Counted from the stretch's first letter, positions 9,813-19,135 are shown. The stretch: DNA of 64,000 nt from a bacterium (GCA_020350205.1 CP070707.1:2812734-2876733); one strand, 5' to 3'. The notes: generated by a model not told the origin, from the letters alone. A program made the numbers and translations.

Positions 9813-10871
9813 CTATTTGAGTAGCATCATTTTCTTAATGACAACCTCACTGCCAGCCTGTAACCTGTAGATGTAAATTCCGCTGGCTAAATCTGAGGCA
9901 TTGAATTCAAAGGTATGAAAGCCAGCATGCCGAAAATCAGAAAGCAATGTGTAGATTTTTTGTCCACTCAGGCTATATATTTCCAAGGTCACATGATTGC
10001 CAACTGCCAACTGAAAACTGAAAACTGTATTTGGATTAAACGGGTTGGGATAATTTTGGTAGAGAACAAATCGCTTTACAGCTGAATTTTTCTGACTCCC
10101 TATTTCGGTCGGATCCGTGAAATATGCCCGGCGAACCAGCGAGCTGTCCAAAATAAAGGGATTGGGACAGTTATCCTGATAAGGGGCAATTAAAGAAGTA
10201 CGGACAGACTCCAGAGAATCTGCCGGATCTTTCCGATGCCAATTCAATAATTCACTTTTCTGAAGCTGAAAAAAATTGGGATCAGCCGTATTGGCTTCTT
10301 CCTTATACATGGTATAAAAATAGAACATCGCCCGCGCCACATTCCCTTTATGATCCTCCCGCGGCTCAAATAATGCAGAATTATCGTCCCTTTCACTGTA
10401 TTCATCAATGTTAGTGTTCGGAATGGTAGTTAAAACTTGGGTCTTTCGGAACCAGCGATCCGTGTTTGTATCGGGTACCTCCGCAAAGGGATCACTGCCC
10501 CGGGCAGAATTAACCTGAATACGGGTTGCATACAGATGATGCATATCGGACTTGGCATTTCCCACCGCCCCCTTACTCTGGGGCCAGGTATGTTCAGTAT
10601 CGATGCCGTTGTTATAGGCCCAGGTATTGGGATCCTGCGAAGGATCCATCCAGATCGTAAAATCTGAATAGACGCAATGCAGACTATCGTCCAGGGTATA
10701 TATTTTTGAAAACAGGGTATCCCGGGCATCGGCATAGGAGAGCACAGATTGTGGTTTATAATGCACTACCAGGCTGTCTAATAGTTCAGCACCCGTAAAA
10801 CCGGGGAAAATTGTATTATTCTGACCTTTTAACAGGGAAAGAAATAAAAATATTAGGACCACTATTTTCAT
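9813..10871 (-). CDS. Secreted endonuclease I family nuclease with a C-terminal sorting (Por_Secre_tail/T9SS type A-like) domain
   Basis: EHTWPQSKG, KSDMHHL, NSARGSDPF and FEPREDHKGNVARAMFYF are EndA/Endonuclease_1 motifs. The C-terminus is FVLYQNYPNPFNP...SGIYIYRLQAG...KKMMLLK. ATG 10871 gives the signal peptide MKIVVLIFLFLSLLKG. Confidence 0.9.
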   Translation of the reverse strand: MKIVVLIFLFLSLLKGQNNTIFPGFTGAELLDSLVVHYKPQSVLSYADARDTLFSKIYTLDDSLHCVYSDFTIWMDPSQDPNTWAYNNGIDTEHTWPQSKGAVGNAKSDMHHLYATRIQVNSARGSDPFAEVPDTNTDRWFRKTQVLTTIPNTNIDEYSERDDNSALFEPREDHKGNVARAMFYFYTMYKEEANTADPNFFQLQKSELLNWHRKDPADSLESVRTSLIAPYQDNCPNPFILDSSLVRRAYFTDPTEIGSQKNSAVKRFVLYQNYPNPFNPNTVFSFQLAVGNHVTLEIYSLSGQKIYTLLSDFRHAGFHTFEFNASDLASGIYIYRLQAGSEVVIKKMMLLK

Positions 10872-11153
10872 GGCTTTAAGGACAAAAAGAGATATATTAT
10901 AATTAACACAGATAATTATGCAAAACAATCCAATAGAAACTCTGATATCAATGTAGTAAATATCGTACTCAACATCAAATAGAATCCCTGATGTATAACT
11001 GAAAAGACTCCATTTTTCATACTTTTCCAGGCAGAGGTTTATTCCTTTTAAGCATTTGGAAAAAGAATTCTAAAAAAATATTTTTATTAACTCGACCAGC
11101 ATGAGTGAATCTATACAAATATTTCCTTTACAACATCATAACAGGAGAATATT

Positions 11154-11711
11154 ATGAAATTAATAGCTACTATCTTTGCGATTCTTTTTTTACAATTTTT
11201 ATCTATCACTTCAGCCATCGCGCAAACCGGTGCGGTGCAGAAAGCAACTGACGACAAAGATATTGAAATATTGTTCCGTATTAAATGGGATGGGAAAATT
11301 ATACCTGGTATTAGCAAAGTCAGTGGCTTAAAACGAGTAACCGATGTAATCGTCAATCGCCAGGGTGGGGATCCAAACTTGCAGAGAAGATCGCCCGGAC
11401 TCACCCAATATGAGCCCATTACCATCCAGAGACCGCGCTCGTCTGATAGAGAATTCGAAAGGTGGGCGAATAAGGTGTGGAACTTCGGATCGGGTCTTGG
11501 TTCAGAAGTATCACTGAAAGATTTCAGAAAGGATATCCGTATTGAATTGGTAACTACAACAGGGGAAATCTTACTGGCGTTTCAGGTCTACCGATGCTGG
11601 CCTTCGGAATATCAGGCACTTAGTAATTTGGATACAGACAGCGATTCCCTGGCTATGGAAACACTGACTCTTCAGCATGAGGGTTGGGAGCGGGATTACA
11701 CTATAGAATAA
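11154..11711 (+). CDS. Phage tail-tube-like protein (T4 gp19-like / CIS tube family) with an N-terminal signal peptide
   Basis: FRIKWDG..IPGISKVSGLKR, R.GGDP..R.SPG.T.YEPITIQR, WANKVWNFGSGLGSEVSLKDFRKDI, AFQVYRCWPSEY and EGWERDY are recognisable gp19-like tube motifs. RBS AGGAG precedes the ATG. The N-terminus is MKLIATIFAILFLQFLSITSAIA. Confidence 0.88.
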   Translation: MKLIATIFAILFLQFLSITSAIAQTGAVQKATDDKDIEILFRIKWDGKIIPGISKVSGLKRVTDVIVNRQGGDPNLQRRSPGLTQYEPITIQRPRSSDREFERWANKVWNFGSGLGSEVSLKDFRKDIRIELVTTTGEILLAFQVYRCWPSEYQALSNLDTDSDSLAMETLTLQHEGWERDYTIE

Positions 11712-11750
11712 AGATAAAAATGTAGAATAAAAAACAACTAGGAGGTCTTT

Positions 11751-12347
11751 ATGTTAAATAAACATCTTCAAAAAGGTAGTATAGTAGGATTCTGGATAAT
11801 AATTTTAACTTTTTCTATCAGCATAGCTGTCGAATTTTCAGTAAACACCCATCGATTTGATCCCTATAAACAATTCAAATTCAGAGTAAAATGGGATGGG
11901 AAATATATACCAGGTGTCTTTCGGGTGAATGGGTTACATCGAAATACCATGGTCATTACAATGCGCGAGGGCACAGGCCCAAATGTACAAAAAAAGATGC
12001 CTGGAGAAACGGTATATGAACAGATAATCCTGGAGCGAGGACGAACTCATGATACCGCCTTTGAACAATGGGCCAATAAAGTATGGAATTATGGGTCAGG
12101 TCTTGGAAATGAAGTGTCACTGCAAGATTTTCGGAAAGATATTATCATCGAATTGTTAAATGAAACCGGTCAGATTGTTATGGCTTTCAAGGTTTACAGA
12201 TGCTGGCCCTCTCGTTACAGCCCTTTGCAGGAATTAGATGCTAATAGTAATGAGATCGCAGTGGAAAAGATTGTTCTAGAACACGAAGGTTGGGAAAGAG
12301 ATTACGAAGTTCATGAGCCTCTAGAACCCTCTTTTACAGAGCCATGA
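11751..12347 (+). CDS. Phage tail-tube-like protein (T4 gp19-like / CIS tube family) with an N-terminal signal peptide
   Basis: FSVNTHRFDPYKQFKFRVKWDG, ILERGRTHDTAFEQWANKVWNYGSGLG.EVSL.DFRKDIIIE, AFKVYRCWPS, LDANSNEIAVE..LEHEGWERDYEVHEP.EPSF. RBS GGAGG; hydrophobic leader ...SIVGFWIIILTFSISIA. Confidence 0.92.
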   Translation: MLNKHLQKGSIVGFWIIILTFSISIAVEFSVNTHRFDPYKQFKFRVKWDGKYIPGVFRVNGLHRNTMVITMREGTGPNVQKKMPGETVYEQIILERGRTHDTAFEQWANKVWNYGSGLGNEVSLQDFRKDIIIELLNETGQIVMAFKVYRCWPSRYSPLQELDANSNEIAVEKIVLEHEGWERDYEVHEPLEPSFTEP

Positions 12348-12495
12348 TAATAGTTTTTTCTCCAAAGAAATTCGTAAATAAATAAATCCCGCTCGAATTA
12401 ATACGGACAAAATTTCTTTAAAAATTCAAATTCAGATCCCAATTGGATATATAACCGTAAATTATCCGGACAGCTTTCGGTATCATTATTGAATC

Positions 12496-13281
12496 TTACT
12501 GGCAGACCAAACCCTGAATTTTCTCGGGTAACACAAAGAAATTTTTATCCAGCGCCATATTATGTTCAATTCGCTTTACCCTGGAAATCAAAACCTGTGA
12601 AGCCATCTCAATTCGGGTTTCGAAAGGTAATTTTATGCCGTCGACTTCACGGTAATCAGAAAAATAGGATCGCACCAGCAGACTTCCCATTTCACTCCTT
12701 AATTCCGTTTTCAGGGCAATCATGAGCATCGTCTCAGGATCGAAATAAAGGAGCTGCGAATCGGCCTCATAGGGTTCGAGATATACCACAAAACAATGCT
12801 GACCATTCACTTTTTCCAATCCCCGGTATTCCACTTTTTGGTAGATTTCCCTCCAACACACAAATCGGTCCAGCATATTCAGGTGCAAAGCATTTACCCG
12901 TTCCTTATCAGATTTAATAATGGGACCTTTCACGTCGGACAATTCCCACACTGTTTCTCCATCACACCCGCTCATCACCGTACCGGTAACCAGTGATTCT
13001 GTGATCACTCGACTTAGATTCGGTTTCTGTGCATATACGACTATGTTCATGAAAATATTACTTCCCTGAATTTCAATCTCGGATTGGGTCATCCGATTTT
13101 TAATTTTTTGGTAGGCATCTATACCACCGGTCACCCGGAGATAAGCATCCAGGATTTCTTCGGCACCGGGTGAAAATTGAGCATAAGCACACGGAAGAAT
13201 CAGGAGGATACTCCAAATAAATCCCATCATTAAAGTTTTGAATAACCAAATCTTCAGGTTAAAAAAATTACAGATTTTCAT
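12496..13281 (-). CDS. Exported protein, LolA-like / outer-membrane lipoprotein-sorting fold (tentative)
   Basis: Signal peptide, then AEEILDAYLRVTGG; repeated beta-strand pattern, YFDPET.L, FSDYREVDGIKLPF. Confidence 0.6.
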   Translation of the reverse strand: MKICNFFNLKIWLFKTLMMGFIWSILLILPCAYAQFSPGAEEILDAYLRVTGGIDAYQKIKNRMTQSEIEIQGSNIFMNIVVYAQKPNLSRVITESLVTGTVMSGCDGETVWELSDVKGPIIKSDKERVNALHLNMLDRFVCWREIYQKVEYRGLEKVNGQHCFVVYLEPYEADSQLLYFDPETMLMIALKTELRSEMGSLLVRSYFSDYREVDGIKLPFETRIEMASQVLISRVKRIEHNMALDKNFFVLPEKIQGLVCQ

Positions 13282-14647
13282 TTCCCTCTCCTGTGGTTTC
13301 TTTGGGTCTGATATTTGATTTACTATTTAATGTTCCTGCCTCGATCCATTGTATTGCCGCCTCAATAACCGGATCTTTCCTCTGAAGAAGTAATTGCGGG
13401 GTTAAGGAAATCTGCTCATCCGGTTCCAATCCACCACCTTCCAGCATTTCTCCGGTAACGGTTTTATAGCAGGCCGTGGCATATTGAAAGCCATCCCCGT
13501 TGGGCAGTCTTTCCAAGGTCGATCCCAAAACAGCCCCCGCACTTCGCGAACCAAACAATCTGGCCCTGCCCGCATCACGCAAACCGGCCGCCATGATTTC
13601 AGCAGCACAGGCGCTGTGCCCGTCAATCAGAATTGCCAATTTCCCACGGAATACTTCCGGCCGGGGAGAGACCACTATTCGCAACGACATATCCCGGTAG
13701 CACATACTACCGATATAAGCCCCTTTTTCCACTATAAACCACCCCCCCATTCCCTGGACCATATTGAGCAAGCCGCCCGGATTCCCGCGCAGATCGATGA
13801 TAATTCCGGGACTATCCATAAATTGTTCCACGGCAGTATTAAAAACCGGCATGAGATGCACCGGATCCATAAAGGCATTGAACGCAATGTATCCGATGCC
13901 GGTATGAAGAGTATCTGTTTCAATCCATATCTGTTCCGGCGGGAAAAATCCCACCTGAAATAGCTCACTCGCCGGTTCCATGAAGGTCAGGTTGACGGCG
14001 CAGGTATCATTTACTCCTTTGCGATATACGATGTTGATACTGTCCCCAACCTCTCCTTTTAGGCAATGATTGACCCAGCTTGACAGGATAATATCAGCGT
14101 ATCGCTCCTCTGCCAAATTTTTTGCATGGAGCACCAATTCATTATATAATATCTTTTGATTAACTGAAATAATTTCACTCCCATAGGGAATTCCGGCAAG
14201 GTATACCGGAAAATTTCGTTTTATCCTGACCACATAGACCCGATTATCCAGCACCCGGATGTCCAAGCCCAGAGTTCCCCGGAAAGAATCCTGGAATATG
14301 CTTTTTTCTATTTGTGTATAAAACGAAGAGGGAATAAGCTGGTAATGAGATAATCCCAGGGTATCAATCATTCTCGCCAGAATCCGGCTGGTTTCTTTTT
14401 TGGATTTCGCCTGAAGGATATCCGGATAGAGGCAATCGAAAATACCCTGCCAGTCTATGCTTCCAAAAGTTGGATCATAGTGTTTTTCATGAATGGTTTT
14501 CCAGACATATTCGAATGACTGAGTCGCCAGACTTTTCTCTGTTGTAGTCAGGGTATCCATTGCCCGGGCTTGCAGAGAATTGTTCTGGATTAAAAAAATA
14601 ATCCCGGCGGATAAAATGAGGATTCTCAAATAACAAATCATGACCAT
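13268..14647 (-). CDS. S41 family peptidase (C-terminal processing protease-like, with PDZ domain)
   Basis: GTLGLDIR PDZ segment, IGYIAFNAF, IIDLRGNPGG, LIDGHSACAAE, GSRSAGAV, G..LEG.GLEPD. Confidence 0.9.
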   Translation of the reverse strand: MVMICYLRILILSAGIIFLIQNNSLQARAMDTLTTTEKSLATQSFEYVWKTIHEKHYDPTFGSIDWQGIFDCLYPDILQAKSKKETSRILARMIDTLGLSHYQLIPSSFYTQIEKSIFQDSFRGTLGLDIRVLDNRVYVVRIKRNFPVYLAGIPYGSEIISVNQKILYNELVLHAKNLAEERYADIILSSWVNHCLKGEVGDSINIVYRKGVNDTCAVNLTFMEPASELFQVGFFPPEQIWIETDTLHTGIGYIAFNAFMDPVHLMPVFNTAVEQFMDSPGIIIDLRGNPGGLLNMVQGMGGWFIVEKGAYIGSMCYRDMSLRIVVSPRPEVFRGKLAILIDGHSACAAEIMAAGLRDAGRARLFGSRSAGAVLGSTLERLPNGDGFQYATACYKTVTGEMLEGGGLEPDEQISLTPQLLLQRKDPVIEAAIQWIEAGTLNSKSNIRPKETTGEGNENL

Positions 14648-14654
14648 CTCCTTC

Positions 14655-14984
14655 TCAGGGAAGTTCAGTTAAAAACAGTTTCATTTGCTGTTGGTAGCGA
14701 TCAAACGCTTCCCGACCTGTCTGGGAGAGACTAAGAAAAGTTCGTGGTATTTTCTTGACAAATTCTTTGCGAATGTCCACATAGCCGGCTGACTCTAATT
14801 TACTCAGATGGGAAGAGAGGTTCCCTTTGGATAATCCGGTCTGACGCATCATAAAGACAAAATCCGCACTCTCAATAACATAGAGGTAGGCCATGATCAT
14901 AAGACGCGCCGGTTCATGAATCATGCGGTCGATCTCCCCCAGTATTTTGACCGTATTCTCTTGTTTGTCAGGATTTTGCATCAA
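14655..14984 (-). CDS. Winged-helix transcriptional regulator (HTH_34 / MarR-ArsR-like)
   Basis: IDRMIHEPARL.IM..L, DF..M..TGLSKGNLSSHLSKLE.AGYV, T.L.LS..GR.AF. Confidence 0.9.
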   Translation of the reverse strand: MMQNPDKQENTVKILGEIDRMIHEPARLMIMAYLYVIESADFVFMMRQTGLSKGNLSSHLSKLESAGYVDIRKEFVKKIPRTFLSLSQTGREAFDRYQQQMKLFLTELP

Positions 14985-15627
14985 TGTCCTCCGGAGAGGT
15001 TTTGGGATACTGACGAATAAAGTGAATCAGTCTGAAAAATCCGATACCGAGGATAATCAGTGCCGAAATACCAAAAGGTAGCAGGGTATCCAGGGGTTCG
15101 CCCAATAAGGGATATAACAATTCTGAGATGGGAATACTCAAGGCAAAAAGAAGACCGGTGACAAACAAAGTATAATAGGACATAACCAGTGCAAGAATAG
15201 TAAAGACGATCAGAAAAAAAAGTGAGAAAAGAAGTGGCGCTGTGGGTAGGGAATTCCATGTTATCTGAAATAATCCCATGGTTTTCACCAGAATGAGAAG
15301 GACAAGTATCAGGAATAATAATATTCCGGCGATCATCACACGACGGGCCGCCTGCTGACGGCGAGGGGAAGGCTTCACGATTCCCATGCGCGGGAAGGTA
15401 ATGGAGCGTTTTCCCAGGATCAGCCAGGCAGCTGCCAGGATGAGTTCACTCATAAACAGCAGGTTTCTGTTGACACCCAGCTGGAAGAAAAGCGGATTAA
15501 AAGCCAGCGCCAGCATCAGGAATCCCCAGGTAATGTCATATATTCCATCCTGAAAAACCGATTGATAGATCTGTTTTTCGATTTTTTTAAGGTCAGGCAA
15601 GGATTGCATGTCTTTCTCCTTTTGCAT
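14968..15627 (-). CDS. Hypothetical membrane protein (about 6 TM)
   Basis: Several hydrophobic segments; overlaps the HTH regulator gene by 17 bp. Confidence 0.75.
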   Translation of the reverse strand: MQKEKDMQSLPDLKKIEKQIYQSVFQDGIYDITWGFLMLALAFNPLFFQLGVNRNLLFMSELILAAAWLILGKRSITFPRMGIVKPSPRRQQAARRVMIAGILLFLILVLLILVKTMGLFQITWNSLPTAPLLFSLFFLIVFTILALVMSYYTLFVTGLLFALSIPISELLYPLLGEPLDTLLPFGISALIILGIGFFRLIHFIRQYPKTSPEDIDAKS

Positions 15628-15815
15628 ATAATATGGTTTGCATTACAAACTAGTATTAATATACAAACTAGTTTACTAAAAAGTTACAAGAAAAATATTT
15701 TTTTTAATTTAGACAGTGGAATCATTGAATTATGCTTGACCACTAAAAACAATTACAAAAAATAATCTTAAATCTTCTGAATAGATTTGTTTCCACTAAA
15801 AATAATTATGTAATT

Positions 15816-17360
15816 TTGGACTCCGGAGATTATGCCAGAAAAGGTAAGTTCACTTTGATTAAAGTCAGGTTTAATTTCAGTTACAGACTCATTATTGGCG
15901 CATTATTACTCATCTCACTTATCCTCGCTATCGGATTCATTAGCATTGCCTATATTTATCGCTTACAGGACAAAACAACCCAGATCATGAATCAAAACTT
16001 GGAAAGCCTTAAAGCTGCCCGAGAACTTGAAATCATCCTATTTCATATGCGGGGATTGACCTTCAACTATCTGCTGGACAAACAACCCAAATGGCTGACT
16101 CAGCTAGATGATAGAGAAAAAGAATTCATTAATTCGCTCGATAAGGCACGCAAAACTGCTAATACCCAGGAGGAAATCAACCTGGTTCAGCAAATATCAG
16201 TTCTTTTTTCCAATTATGAACAGGATTTAAAAACTGCACAAATCATGTATAAACAGGGTCAAATTTCACGTTCTAATGCTCTACTTTTACATGCCAGCAG
16301 AAACCTATTTGATACCATCTATGAAAAATGCAAATCTTTTATAGCAACAAATGAAACAGCACGATCCGTTTACGAACAACAAATAAAACGTGTCAATGAT
16401 ACAATCCGGACTGTCATGTATGTACTAGGGATTGGCGGTATTTTACTCGGAGCCATGTTGGGATGGATTATATCTCGCATCATTCTCAATCCGATTAAGG
16501 ATTTAGTTACCAAAATACGAGGGGCGGTTGAAGGGAGTTCTAGTGATCAGATTCATATTTCCCCCGGAAGGGAATTGAGGGAATTGGATCAGCATTTGTA
16601 TCTGATGAGTAAAAATATTCATTCTGCCCAGGCGGAATTAGAAAAAAACCGTCTATTACTGGAACGTTCAAATCGTCTGGCTGCTCTTGGTAAGATCTCG
16701 ACTGCTATTGCACATGAACTTCGCAATCCACTTACGGCACTGCAAATGTTGATTTACTCTATAAAGAATGATCCCGATATCACCAAAAAATATGAAAGTG
16801 AAATAGAAGTGATGTTTAAGGAAATAAACCGCATGAATTCTTTCATTAAAAATTTCTTGAATTTTGCAAAACCTGCCGAACCAAAACCAGTACCGGTTGA
16901 TTTAGCGGAAATTATCCGGGAAACGTTATTACTGTTGGGACCCCGTCTAAGACAAAATAATATTGATTGCCTGGAAAAATTAACAAAAGATAAAATCACA
17001 CTGCTGACCGATCCGGATCAATTCAAACAGGTATTAATAAATATTATCCTCAACGCTATCGATGCTATGCCCAATGGGGGTCGAATAACCATAGAGAGTA
17101 GCATAATCTCACCCGTATCAGACAGTCTATTTCTTCAAATTAAAATTAGCGATACCGGGAAAGGTATTTCAGATAATTTAATAGAGACTTTATTTGATCC
17201 TTTTGTAAAGGGGCGGGAGGATGGTTTGGGTTTGGGACTATCCATTTCGCACCAGATTATTACCCTCCAAGGGGGATGGATTACAGCAACAAATAATGAA
17301 CAAGGGGGTGCAAGCTTTACGGTACAACTCCCATACATGAGGGAAATCTCGCATGAATAA
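15816..17360 (+). CDS. Sensor histidine kinase (periplasmic helical sensor, HisKA, HATPase_c)
   Basis: Two TM segments, H-box AIAHELRNPL, N-box QVLINIILNAIDAM, G boxes DTGKG and GLGLGL. Start codon uncertain. Confidence 0.93.
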   Translation: MDSGDYARKGKFTLIKVRFNFSYRLIIGALLLISLILAIGFISIAYIYRLQDKTTQIMNQNLESLKAARELEIILFHMRGLTFNYLLDKQPKWLTQLDDREKEFINSLDKARKTANTQEEINLVQQISVLFSNYEQDLKTAQIMYKQGQISRSNALLLHASRNLFDTIYEKCKSFIATNETARSVYEQQIKRVNDTIRTVMYVLGIGGILLGAMLGWIISRIILNPIKDLVTKIRGAVEGSSSDQIHISPGRELRELDQHLYLMSKNIHSAQAELEKNRLLLERSNRLAALGKISTAIAHELRNPLTALQMLIYSIKNDPDITKKYESEIEVMFKEINRMNSFIKNFLNFAKPAEPKPVPVDLAEIIRETLLLLGPRLRQNNIDCLEKLTKDKITLLTDPDQFKQVLINIILNAIDAMPNGGRITIESSIISPVSDSLFLQIKISDTGKGISDNLIETLFDPFVKGREDGLGLGLSISHQIITLQGGWITATNNEQGGASFTVQLPYMREISHE

Positions 17361-18780
17361 AATACTGATTGTCGATGATGATGAGAGTGTCCGTTTTTCT
17401 TTCAATAAATTATTCTCAGAACCGGATTTTAAAATCAGCGCTGCACGAAATGGTCTAGAAGCGCTTAAAAAGATCGCTGAAGAACTGCCGGACCTTGTTA
17501 TCCTGGATATCGAAATGCCCGGAATGTCTGGTATCGAGACACTACAGGAAATAAAAAAAGTCGCACCAAGGATTCCCGTACTCATGATCACGGCATATGG
17601 ATCAAGTGAACGGGTAATAACAGCGTTGAAATATGGTGCCTTTGAATATATAGAGAAACCTTTTGACATTCCCCGTTTGACAACCTTGGTCGAAGAAGCA
17701 CTTAAGATGAGCACTCTGGCCAAAAGAGAAATGGGTGTCAAACCAGATGATACCAGAAACTGGAATGATAATTACCTCATCGGAAGTAGCCCAGAAATCA
17801 AGGAAGTATACAAATTAATAGGTAAAGTGGCGACAAGTGATGTGAATATTTTAATCATGGGTGAAAGTGGCACCGGAAAAGAGCTGGTCGCTCGAGCCAT
17901 TCATAAATACAGTGATCGGTCAGATAAATTATTCCTGGCAGTGAATTGTGCTGCTATACCGGACAACCTGTTGGAAAGTGAACTCTTTGGATATGAAAAA
18001 GGGGCCTTTACAGGAGCAACAAGACGTAAGCCGGGTAAATTCGAACAAGCGAATGAAGGTACCCTCTTCTTAGATGAAATCAGCGATATGAGCCTGACCA
18101 TACAGGCAAAATTATTGAGAGTCTTGCAAGAAGGTACCTTCGAAAGGTTAGGAAGTAATGAAACACTGAAGAGCGATGTCCGAATTATTGCAGCAACCAA
18201 TCGCAATCTTGAGCAGGCAATCTCCCAAAAAGCATTTCGTGAGGACTTATATTACCGTTTAAAAGTGATCACAATCACACTGCCACCACTACGGACCCGG
18301 AAAACAGATATTCCGGAACTGATTGACTTCTTTCTGAACAAATATCGTCTTCAATTAAAAAAAAGTGCAATCACTATAACCCCGGAAATAGTGCAAAAAA
18401 TGTCTGAATACAATTGGCCGGGTAACATCCGTGAACTAGAAAATGTCCTGAAACGTGCTATTTTACTGAGCAGAAACAATGTAATTTCCGAAGACATAGT
18501 TCAGAAAGAATTGTTAAACGCAAATCGACAGATACCCAGCGATAAATCCTATCAAATATCTATTCCACTGCCTGCTCAACTGAAGGATTTTGAGGGAAAA
18601 CTGTATGAGCACATTATCGCTTTTGTTGAAAAGGATTTGATAATAGCCTCATTGCATGCGATGGAGGGAAATCAGGTTAAAACTGCAAAACTATTGGGAA
18701 TATCTCGGGTGATGTTACACGACCGCCTCGAAAAGTATGGAATCTCCACCAAGGCAAATAAAAAAAAGATTGAAGAATGA
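17353..18780 (+). CDS. Sigma-54-dependent response regulator (NtrC family)
   Basis: Receiver domain ILIVDDD / LDIEMP, AAA+ GESGTGKE, GAFTGA, WPGNIRELEN, and a C-terminal Fis-like HTH. Confidence 0.95.
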   Translation: MNKILIVDDDESVRFSFNKLFSEPDFKISAARNGLEALKKIAEELPDLVILDIEMPGMSGIETLQEIKKVAPRIPVLMITAYGSSERVITALKYGAFEYIEKPFDIPRLTTLVEEALKMSTLAKREMGVKPDDTRNWNDNYLIGSSPEIKEVYKLIGKVATSDVNILIMGESGTGKELVARAIHKYSDRSDKLFLAVNCAAIPDNLLESELFGYEKGAFTGATRRKPGKFEQANEGTLFLDEISDMSLTIQAKLLRVLQEGTFERLGSNETLKSDVRIIAATNRNLEQAISQKAFREDLYYRLKVITITLPPLRTRKTDIPELIDFFLNKYRLQLKKSAITITPEIVQKMSEYNWPGNIRELENVLKRAILLSRNNVISEDIVQKELLNANRQIPSDKSYQISIPLPAQLKDFEGKLYEHIIAFVEKDLIIASLHAMEGNQVKTAKLLGISRVMLHDRLEKYGISTKANKKKIEE

Positions 18781-18859
18781 AAGACTCTGCTATTCTATGG
18801 AGATAATCATTTTGAAACTTCTGAAAAATTCCTTTATTATAAATAATGATTAATTTTAT

Positions 18860-18945
18860 TGTCATCCCGGACTTGATTCGGAATCTCATTTCATTCAAAT
18901 TTATCAATATATTCTTTGGATTCCCGCGCCGAGACCGGAATGACA
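18860..18945. repeat. REP/MITE-like inverted-repeat element (86 bp)
   Basis: TGTCATCCCGGACTTGATTCGGAATCTC ... GGATTCCCGCGCCGAGACCGGAATGACA. The termini TGTCATCCCGG and CCGGAATGACA are reverse complements with one mismatch. Confidence 0.75.
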
Positions 18946-19135
18946 GAATATTTTAATCAAATGAATTATTGTTATAAATGACACGATAGTAACCTTTTTC
19001 AGAAGTTTCTATTTTGTAAATTTTTCAGACAGGCAGCAAAAAAAATTTACACTTTTTTTCAGTATCCCTTCCAATTTATTGAGTTGGTTATTCCCAAAAC
19101 GGCTCCAATTATGCTATTTAATATTTTCCTGATTC

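Noticed and set aside
11111-11425. Antisense ORF over the first tube gene, and the many other short shadow ORFs in the track
   Set aside because: They lie opposite or out of frame to well-supported genes and have no motifs or RBS.
11154-12347. Prophage or complete contractile injection system
   Set aside because: No sheath, baseplate, spike, capsid, terminase or integrase in the window; flanking genes are ordinary host genes.
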